The notes under the pieces were generated by a model, which was not told the origin of the DNA, did no database searches, and was given only the letters and a program-made list of their open reading frames with translations. The translations under genes and the position numbers were made by a program. Below, piece after piece: positions 1-11,200 of a stretch of DNA of 64,000 nucleotides (positions are counted from its first letter, which is position 1; every line of letters begins with the position of its first letter). Source of the stretch: Iphione sp. A-MEVVRFRX5 (taxonomy: Eukaryota); NCBI GenBank assembly GCA_976226885.1, contig OZ320321.1, forward strand, positions 56,544,001 through 56,608,000, read 5' to 3'.

Positions 1-94
1 CAACAAAACTCAGGTGTGCAGATCTCTATGGCGAACTGTGTTGTGTATGCCGACTGTTGATGTCCAATGGCCGACCGATTCCTGGATTGGTATT

Positions 95-229
95 ATGGAT
101 AGCATTAACGAACACTATGAAGAGAGACTTCGGGCGGTTTTCGATCTATGTGATGTACAAAAACAAGGATTTATTACTGTAAGACACTTCGTTGACCTGG
201 CCAAAGAACATTTTGGAGGGGCCGATGAG
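95..229 (+). CDS. RAB11FIP3/4: FIP exon 1 (start codon, EF-hand 1)
   Basis: tattATGG start; MDSINEHYEERLRAVFDLCDVQKQGFITVRHFVDLAKEHFGGADE; donor GAG|gtgagt, phase 0. Confidence 0.92.
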
Positions 230-3200
230 GTGAGTTGGCGACGTTGTTATTTTCACCTGAACATAACTTCCGTCAGGTGTGTTAAGGTGTGCTTTTAAAG
301 TTCATGTCCGATTTTTATCCAACTGCTCAGAGTCACATTTATGCTGTAAATATATGACACCAGTGTTGTCTTAATATGTCTATAGTGTTATTCCAGTTAT
401 GATCACATACCATACAAATATTGATCATTTCGTAATGGTATAGAGTAGGCTTGACATAAAAGGAGTGATAGGTATAGGCCCCAGATATCTGTAGACCATA
501 GCCTGTCGTATATACGTACATGCCAATATATTTTTCATTATTGCTCATTTATCATTATGTGAATTCAGACCATATAATAGAATATAGCCTCCTTCTTTCT
601 GCCATCAAACTGACATCGCGAATGACGTTTCTGACCTCTTTCTTTCATGTATGTTCTTGGCTTGGTTAGGAAAAGTGACAGTAGTCAGAGCGGGTATATT
701 AGGTTACAGCTGACATACCTCCATATTCTCTTTGCGGTTAGAACCCACCCAGTTTTTACAGGAGTAGCGTAACCACAAAGAACTCTTCACAGCAAAGAAT
801 TGATTATATAATACTCCTTCATCTTGAAAGCAAGTACACCTCTAGTGTGATTGACCACAGTAGGATGGGCTTAGAATGTTTGTGCACAATTCTCTAAGGC
901 GTTGGTCATAGCGTGCCTTAATGTTGTACGCTACCCGGTACAGGTGCCCCAAGGCGTAGATATACATTATTCGTGTCTGCTAGGTGGACAATCATAAAAC
1001 GTCAAATTGTAAATTTTGTCTCAAGTATTTTGGTCCATATTTTTTTGGACTTCAGTGAAGAGAGAGCAGGAGTGAAAGTAAAAGAGGAATACATGTCATG
1101 CATGTTTGACTTATGTAATCTGATCGATGTCTGTTTTATGTTTGTCAGCCAAACAAAATGTTTCTGCGTGTCCCATAGTATACTTTGTAAAGCTATGTTA
1201 TATAGCAACATAATTTGTAAATATGTATCATCCAATACAGAAGGGTGTGTACAAGAATCACCTGATTTGAAACAAGTGACACTGAAATGTATGACTACCA
1301 CAATGACGCAAACCAACCCTTGTCCAACAGCTGTTAGTAATGATGTCCACACTCATACCCTTGCTGATACATATCTGTCTGGTTATTCATTTTGTTGCAG
1401 TGATGCACACGTGGATCGTTTCACGGCCACAGATATAACTGTCCTATTTATGTGAATATAGACAATATATTTTAATTAAGATATGTTTAGCTGGAATGAT
1501 TAGAACATTATATATCATAGTAAGTAGTATGCCATAATAAACGCTCCCAGATGTTGTCGCCACTGACTTGTCATCAATTCAATTATCTGCGCCGCATTAA
1601 TTTTACCTCTTCACAGTCTATACACCAAGAACCAAATGAAAATGGTCATAATTCCGAAAGTGTGAATCGCCATATCAGACTTACTTTCAGTAGCGGTCGG
1701 TATCATGATTTGATTATCGTCCGTATTGTTCAGTAGTCTACTTCATCTGTCAGTACATGTGTTTGTTTGCTGTACCTTTTGTGAGTTCGCACTAAATGAA
1801 CTCATTTAAGGGGGCCTAGATCGCTCTCGATGTACTATCCTGGAATACGTGTCATTTACGACGGCAGTGAAAAGGCTGGTACAATGTACTGTGAAACGCA
1901 GTCCCGAGCTAATATTCCTGTCAAATTTCTTGTTCCCACACTTTTCAGGACGAAAGTTAAGGATGCCACAGTCCTGTGATCACGCCCATGTGTATCTTGT
2001 GATTCCAGCCAATAAGAGTATGACCATGAAATTTTCACTACTTGTAGCTCTATGGACTTCTTTTCTGTCCCTTTTTAAGGGGAATTGGAAGAGATTTCTG
2101 GGCGGAGAAGTATAAAAATATCCCTCAACACTATCTGGGATAATGGTGCCTGAAAACATTGACAGGCAAGAGGTGAATGGTGTCTGAAGGCATTATGGAT
2201 CAAAATATATTTGGAAGGAATTTGTCAGCACTGTTTTGGAAAGAACCTTGCAAAATTAATTTATCATATCCTTATGATTTATTGGAGGGTTTCATAAGCT
2301 TTCCCTCATTAATTCTCATAACCCTTGCCCTCTGAACATTTGGTTACATAGGTGATATTGGTATATTGTTGACAGTTATCTCAACCCCGAAAGGGTAAAA
2401 CCTAGCTGCTACCTGCTGCACTCTGTGTTTGGTCAGTTGAGTTTACGTGAAGATACATAATCCGGTCCTCTAGTTTATGCTGGGATAGGTTATATATTGA
2501 GACTTACTTTAGTAAAGCACTATTTTATGGAAACAGCTAAACTTGCTTAGCCAAGTATACCAAACCACAATTAGATTAATACTCCATGCACAGTCCCGAA
2601 GAAGAGAGGATCTCTGTACTGCATTGGAGTATTTTGATTTTAAAAAAATCATTTGGAAGTAAGTGGTCATTTTTAATGCAGTAAATTATTTTTTAAAAGT
2701 GCTGCACAACCTGCTAATTTGAAATTGCCTCACACATAAAAATTTTCAGTGGTAGTTGTATTATTTTGGATGGCAGATCGCAGTGCGATAGTTTTTGAAC
2801 ACACACTTAAGAAGAACACCCATGTGTATTTGCAGCTTGTAGAGAATATGTCGAAAACCGGTGCCCGTAAATTTCTGTTAAGATTTTTAACTACCAGACA
2901 AGGGCAAAACAGTTTTACAAGTTGTATGGAGGCGTAACCGGGACTGTCAAGTATTCGTAAACACGTCACTGAAGATTAACACTTGAGCCCATTCACTGTT
3001 TTCTCGTGCACTGTGATGTTTAATTAAGGCCGAATGTTAATTTTTAAAAACCTTGCCATACAGGTAGAAAGACGGACCTCAGTGGCCCTTGCTTTGTCAG
3101 CAGACGGGGCAGTGTTAGTCACTGGGGCTGACAGCTGGCCGTTCTGTCACCTGTACACGCATCCACCCACCTGCCGCTGAGCCACGCTGCCCAGCTCAAT

Positions 3201-5143
3201 AGTCCCCTCCCTGTAGCCGACCTCTTCATCTAGGTCGCCCTCGGCTCAACACGCATTGACCGATTCTAATGGATTTCCTGGCGCGTAGAAAACGAAAGCC
3301 TGCATCCGTGTTGGTTACGGGACGTCATGCATAAGAGCTATTGTTGTGGGCCCATTGATATTGTCAAGAAGTAGAGTTTGATGTACATGTGCATGTACAG
3401 GTCTAGATATGAATTGATCGAAACTGGGTCGTGTTTGAAAAACCGAATTCAGCAGGTGGCCTAAGCTTTTATAGAATGCCGGGCAATTGTAAGTCAACAT
3501 GGTAATGTAGCTTTCTTAGTAATATAAATTACCCTGAAGTACAACCTAAGCAGTGCTTAATGATAAACATCGATATTACTAGTAAGAGTATAAGTAGCTT
3601 TATCTAGCAATATTACGTGTACTTCTATACATGTATGATTTTCAGCCCTGGTTCGCCTTACGTAAAACAACGACACACCCCCAGGCGAAGCACTTGATCT
3701 CATTCAAACACGCATAGTCCAGTGACCTATTGAATTAAAACTCCTTTAATAAGGCTTTCCTCCAGCCCGAAAGTTAATCGATTTTGCAAAATGGAAAACG
3801 GGCTGGATGTTTCCCCTGTAATAATAATTACAGCGTGATAAAGGATACAATCGCAAAGATTAATGAAAATGATGGGAGAACTGCTGAAGTGAAATAAAGG
3901 CTAATGTATGATTCTACATGTATGTACTAGAAGGACTTTGTCTCAAATAGTGGCATCCTCATATGAAGAGGGCTACTGCATTATACACGTACATATAATT
4001 TTGCATTGCAAGGATATGTCACATATCGAGCCGGTCTTAATTGAAGGAGAATGCATTCATATAATTGTGTATATACAGTGTACATATATGCTTGTATATT
4101 ACAAAAATGGATCACGGTATCTTACTTTAATGCCATTGCACTCGAACTACGCCTACAACCTGGGGAGTGTCCACGAAAACATGGGCACCAGCTGATCACA
4201 CATAGTTTGGAAAGATTCAAAACTGCTATCCGTGCACCAGGTGGAGACGTAAAAAGTCGGACTTGATACAGGCAGCGGCTAATTTTTGAGAGAAGGAAAG
4301 TTTGACTATCGTGGATCGGTGTTGAATTATGTTTTATATGTGATTCCGATACAGGCTTGACCAAGTGGTCTTATTGTGGGGTTACACATTAGGCTAGGCA
4401 CACTCAATAACATTACACAGATTATTCTTCTATATTTGAGATATTATATGACATATGTCCAAGGAAAGGCACTCGGTACATATACACAGGTGTATACCCC
4501 TCTTAATAAATCCTGTAAGAAGATTGAAGCCTGTTTACAACAAAGTTAGCAGTTTTCAGTGCATAACGTTATACTTGATCATTTTCGGAATTGGAGTGTT
4601 CGGAATCAATGTAGATATACGTACATGTATATATGCATATCCGACTGAATGGGATACGGGTCGTTTGGATGGCCATAATAGCAATGTGATTTCTTAAGGC
4701 CCAGTTTCCGTGTGTGTGTTTGGCTCCATGAGGCTGTGTGACAGGGCCGGGACAATGTGTTTCTCACGCAGCCTCACACAGCCTCGCTGGACAGGGGTAC
4801 TCTTGGGTGGTACTGTGGACAGTGCATTTGTGTGCAAGAATGACTGGAAAAAGTATTTTTAAAAAATGCAAGTTTGCGAGCAAATTTGACTGGAATACAG
4901 AAGAAAAACAGCAAATTTGACTGACAGAACTAAGAAAAATGTCAAATCATGCGCATAGCAGAAAAAAAGGTGAATTGGACTGGGAAAAATAAGAAAAATG
5001 GTGAAGTTGTGTGGATATGTGTGGAAATGTACAGAAAATATTGAAGACAAGTGTTGAAATACCCATGCATTGCCTTGCATTTGTGCATTTTGTGAGTGAA
5101 ATTATCGGACTTGTTCTATAATGCACAACGGATACCTAATGCG

Positions 5144-5174
<31 letters not shown>

Positions 5175-8100
5175 ATTAGACACCCCCCCACCCACTGATT
5201 CAATAAAAATGCACAGCACCGCACTACAATGTACACACACAAACACATGTAAAGAAACCTGGCCTTAACCTACCTTTGATGCAGTCCGAAAATGTTGACA
5301 TTTAATCCCTTTAAGATAAGCTATGATGGATAGATGGTCTATTAAATGCTGACTCCCAAGGGACCCCTTCGTACCTCTCTATTAGTAACGAGTGGTATCC
5401 ACTTACAACAAACCATTTGTACATTGTCGATATACGCCTTGAATAGAATTGATTGATTTTCAACTGAAATGTCTGCTATCAGACCTGATACATGTTATAT
5501 TCGAATAAATGCATGCTGTGCCTTAGCGTGAAGGTACCGAGCGATCGGCGAAGCTTTACGATATATAATGCTTCCCAGAAAACCCGCCATAATGATGCAC
5601 TTGCTGGCCTAATAAAATGTCGTCTGGGAGCCCTAGCAAAATGTCCAGAGCTCCCTGTCCTTCTGAAAGGTCAACCCGGTGTTCTAGAAGTTTACATCAT
5701 CCATCACTGGCTGCGTTCCTGCGATCCAGTTGAATGTACATTGCCAATTCAGCCTTATTTTCATTCTAATGGAATGATTTACCATGCATCTCCGACAGTG
5801 TGTGCATGCCTTTTAGGAGTAGGCCTCGGTGTGGACGTGTCCGCATCTACACACACATAGACTTCATGTCGAGCATGAGGCATTCTTGTGCGGATACGGA
5901 AGGAGATGCAGATACCCATATTTTTTTCAAAAACTATTGTAAGCTTTTGTCATTGCCCCGTGTACATGTACATATCTGCAGCGGCATGGTGCCAATATGG
6001 ACACATGGGGTTATATGTCTGTAGTCATACTCTGAAGTATATGTGGATTTAGATATTTCCACCTTAAGAAGAAAAAAAACAATCGAATATAGTCATTTTG
6101 GTTGACCAATTAAGGAAGTGTAGCTGAGTGACTCGGTGTTCTCCCCTTTGCACAGTGCTCATAGTTCTTCCTTTTCATAACGTTAACAAGATCATACGTG
6201 GAGGTATCGCAGTGTAGTCTGTTTCTGAGTAATGAACGGTACGACGCACGCCGAACCAGTACAATGTCAATGACAATCGGTGGGGGAATGTTCACCCTGA
6301 TGCCGCAAACTGCTCCGACCATCCTTTCGTCACATATGATTAATACTCGGGTGCATCCTGCGGACCCTAAACCCCGCCTATTTCTTAGGCAAAATTCTGC
6401 AATAAAGAGAAACAACATACATGTCACCGCCAAGTGCCAAAACAATCACACGAACCCACTGCGGATCTTCATTAGTACAACACCCAGTAGATTCGACCCT
6501 ACGGTAGTTCCATTATTGTTGCCACCTGCATGTAAAGTTTGACCCATGCCGAGAACATGACATCTGTCAGCATATAGTAGCTCACTGTCACCAGTTCTGC
6601 ACAGGACCTCTTTCAGATGTGGATGCAGGTCATACTTCGCTTTAAGAATTTGCGTTAAAATTACCTCGCACTTTTCTGCCCATAATGTAGTCGTTTTGAT
6701 ACGCGATCCTATTCTCCTTGCATGGAATCCGGAAGCACAATTGTTTAACTCTCGCCCAGAACGAGAGTCGCCACAGATGCGCGATTTCGCATCCTGGAAC
6801 GCCGTCTCCGCTGAATCAAAACAAATGCTATTGAAAATAAGTGGAGATCGCTCCATTGTAGAAAGACCAATCGCATTGTTGCTGAAATGACATTTGTTGT
6901 CATTCCCCAGACGAATAGAGTCTTCCAGCGGGACAATAGTGGCAGGTAGCTCAGCAGCATCACACGGAGTGTACGTCTCTCCTTCAATCACTAAGTCGAC
7001 ACCTTTTACCGTCGCGCGCTTGCCTTGCTTTTTAGCAGACGAAGCATGGCGTATCTGTAATCGGTGCGTATCCAATGCCCTGATTGGGATGTCTTCCTTT
7101 ACAAATGTCTTGTTATATTTATTAGACTTGGCCAAATTTGGTTTGTTCTTCAAGGCTTTGTTCCGTGCTCCCTTCGAACGAAGTCTTACCTTCAGCCGAT
7201 TGCCAGTATCGCTCCCCGAAAGCTTGTTGACACTCACGACATCGCCCCTGTCAATGTCAAGGATGTTCTCTAGTAAAGAGCGCGATTCTTCCTCAACATC
7301 GGCATCGTTGTTACCTGGTAGACCATCCACAATCAGACTGTCTGCCCTGTCCTCAATTTCATAACGTGATAGCTCATGATCCAGTCGATCACATTTTTTC
7401 ATCAAGTACGTTGTCCTAGCTTCGAGCGAGAGTAAGTGATTCTTGATTAACTTGTCAAAACATTGTGACATTGTGTCCTTCCAGGCAGCCAGCTCTCCAT
7501 TTTGCCTCCGTAGCTCAGCCACCTCAGTCTGTAGACTCTTGAACAGTAGAAGCAAGTCCTGCTTATCACCTGTGGAGTCCTCCCCTTCACCGGTAGTTTC
7601 GTCAATGCTTTCCGTTATCGGACTGTCAAGTGTCACGCCATCATCAGCATTGACACCGACATCATGTGTTGCGCCTTTGTTTACGTCCACCGGTGCCGGT
7701 GCCGTGTCTTTGCCTCCTCTATTATCGCCCCTGTTGCTATCACTGCAACTTTCGAGGGTTGACCCGCTTAAAGTCTCATTCCTCCCCCTGTTTCGAGTGG
7801 AGGACCTCAATACCGGAGTATTGATCCTCCCTTTAGACTTATTTCCGGACTGTGATCTCATAATTACTCGTCAACAGGTGCCTTGGTGTGTGTGGGCGAA
7901 AAACACGCTTCTAGCTCAACGCCATCACTGTTTCTGGTTCTGGTATACCTACAATATTGTAGGTATACTTCATGTACATTGAATTCTCACAATGGTAGCA
8001 ACACATGGAGGGCGTATTCGGATGCGGGGAATACCTGACACTACCCTCGAGATCCCTGTGTGTACACATCTATAGGAACTTCGTGTTTTTAAGTGCACCT

Positions 8101-8184
8101 TAGTGCAGTGGTTTAAGTGGTGACTTGGAAGGTCCGCCTTCTTCGATTACTACAGCACAGACGTGTGTAAGCCAGAGGGAGAGA

Positions 8185-8252
<68 letters not shown>

Positions 8253-11200
8253 CAGAGAAAGAGAGAAAAAAAGTATTTGCCCTGCACACACACATGTACT
8301 CACACTTGGAGGGTTTCTGAGAGGGAATCTGTGCTGAATTAAGGCACTTGTGATGTTTACAAATCGGCGCAGTGATACACCTCTTGATGACGTCATCACT
8401 GGGAAACCCCCTTGAACTGAGAAAATAGTTCAATGTAATATTCTGTTTTTACTATAAACACTCATAACCAAGATAAAATATACAGAGCTTGGCTTCCTTT
8501 GCAATATTTTCACTGAATACATTAGTTACCATAAAAAAATAATCTCTCTGTTTTAACTCTCATGTGTGTGAGACCTACTCCCCAGTGCCGTACTACTTTC
8601 AGGCAACGTTTTATATAGGTAGTGTAATAATTCCGGTTGTAAGCAAGTGGTCAGTCGAAAAATCCATCAATCGTCTATTGTACATGGAGGATTGGTTTCG
8701 GAACAAGGCTCGTTCTGAGCAGACGTGATCAGGGAAAACAACCGACCTCATGGCCCATCCACAGAGAATAAACCTAACAACACATTAACAGCCTTTAAAC
8801 CCAGTCCGTTCCATATAGAGAGGTATAGAGCGGTACCATCTGTCAAAAGTGCTGGTAGTCGTCGATTGTTTTATAAGGCAGTGGCAGAAATCAGCCACGT
8901 GCCCTGCCGTAGACACGTGTTCTGGTGCACGCACACTCTGGTATAGGGCGTGTGCTGTTTACAGTCGCCGGGGAAAGATGCAGATAATACTTTTCGTATA
9001 GACGCACATATCGATGACCTTGCCAAGCTTATCGGTGTTAGCACCTTTCGCCGACCGAGTCAATAGTGTAAAGCCTCTACAGATCAATCACATTGTTATC
9101 ATGCACGAAAAACATGTATTAATGTATATATATTATCCATTACTTCTTTCACTGAAGTTAGTTGTGCGTGTAGTTTTTCACTAACTTTATGCAGGATCAT
9201 TATCCCTAATTTTTTTTATCAAAGTCTTTAATAGACCAGTCAATTATATGACTGACGACAGGCCTCGTACACCAGTCATACCAGGAAAGAATTAGTGGCC
9301 GCTCAATGTTACATGCAGTTTTAATTCCGCATAATTAGCATCATGCACAATACCCTGCGAGGAAAGCACTGCTTATTGCATGCATTTTATCCCTGAATTA
9401 TTGAACGATCAAGTTGAACTAGGGGGGAAAAAAATTAAAAACGGCGTTCCTTTCGTTAAAGTTCTGTTTTTGAGATAATCTATGTAAACACGCGACGGGC
9501 CAAGATCAAGATTTCAGGTCTAATATATCAGCGGCCATGAGAGAGTTTCTGATACATACAAAGGGCAAAGTTTGAGCGCTACTGTATACAGAGGGGCTGG
9601 AGCAGCATGGAGATACAGAGCGAGCGAGCGTGGTGGGCGGTACAGTAGACCTATCATGAAAGGCATGAATTATTAAGAAGCATGTATGTTCGAACATAGG
9701 CGCGCGGGGGGACAGAGTACACCTGCATTAAAATCGTTGACCTCTAGCGCGCTCTCCTGCGTATACGTGAGGTCGAAGCCTTTTCGGATCGATTCCGTCA
9801 AATAGCACGAGATCAAAGGCAGGAGAGGTGTGTCTGTAGACTATGACTGCGAGTAAATATACCAGCAAAACAAATCTTCCCCGGATATGTCCTGAAACAT
9901 TGGAAATCGTGCAGAAACTGGTGCGCTGGAGCATTTTTTTCAAGTACAATTTCGCTGATTATGAACCTCTGAGGCACCGTATTTTATACCAAGTGCTTTA
10001 AGAATACACTACAATTCCAATCCCGGTGCAGTCAAAAAATATTTTTTTTTAAAAAAAAGGGATGCACATGTCGTGAGTCCAGTCCCCGTCTACCCTATAC
10101 ATGTACTTAAAGATCTCAGTAGAACTAATGGAGAAATTTCTTAGCGGAGTGAACTGATGACCTCACAACAGTTTCCCATGTGGTCCAGAGTATGCAGGTG
10201 CTTGGGTATTTTATTTTGGTAATGGTAATGTTTTATTCAGCAGAACTTCCCTTCATATTCAGTATGCCTTTCATTTTGCATATAACGAGCTGACTGCCAA
10301 AGTAGAACGTCAAAACGGTATGTGTAATGAAGAACTCCCAACGGTCAGACATTAACGTAACATCATTTTATTATAATTTTTAGTTAACATAGACTGCTTG
10401 TATGAAACCTTTGCCATGTCATTGTATTATTCTTCTCCTTACTAGTGCAGGTATGTTGATTGTCCTTGTCCGTGTTTTGCTCTTTTTAAAATATAGAAGC
10501 AGGTGGCAGAAGTTTAGCGGATAAACATTTTGAAAACCTCGTACACTGCCCTCACTTGCATTTATTTCACCTTAAATGTAAACAACCTTGAAGCCCAAAT
10601 ATGGACATGTTTTGTGAAACCTCACTACTTTGAGTGCTAAAAAAAAACTCCTCGATATTTCGAAAATAATGAGGTAACAGTGGTTTCTTTGCCGACGTTA
10701 TGTAATGATTCTAGTACTTCAGATGATTCAGTACGCGGCAGACGACATTTTTGCAACCACAGAGGTGTCGAAGTATTGAAGCCTGACTGTACATATATTA
10801 GTGCTGAGCTGGGTGCTCTTCCCCGGTGTGTCATACAGGGTGGTTAGTCATGCTGGCTGTTGTACGCTATGTACGCACACAATTCTACGGTGAATACCCC
10901 GGTGATGAACGCGTGCGGTTTGAACAGCTTGCACGCGGTGACAGGCACCGTGACGATCTGTCTTCAGGGGCGGAGGAGGTGCTGCAGCAGCAGCGGGGGG
11001 AAAGAGACAAGAGACATGAGTTCCGTGGTGGAACAGGGGGGGGGGGCGAGCAGGTGGAAGGGCGGGCGTGGTATGGTGGAGGAAAACCCGCCTCACCTGT
11101 ACGGCGCCGCCGCTGATGGAGCATTGGACAGTCACACCGTCAGCGCCGAGTTGTCATCCCCCCACCCCGCCCACCAACACGGCCCAGCGCACACACACAC

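Noticed and set aside
5492-6445. ORFs 5492-5860 (+) and 6110-6445 (-) as a possible ORF2 of the element
   Set aside because: No endonuclease or reverse-transcriptase motifs; short and compositionally unremarkable.
6894-7982. Plus-strand ORFs of 156 and 179 aa
   Set aside because: Antisense shadows of the 471-aa ORF1-NADAR frame; no recognisable motifs.
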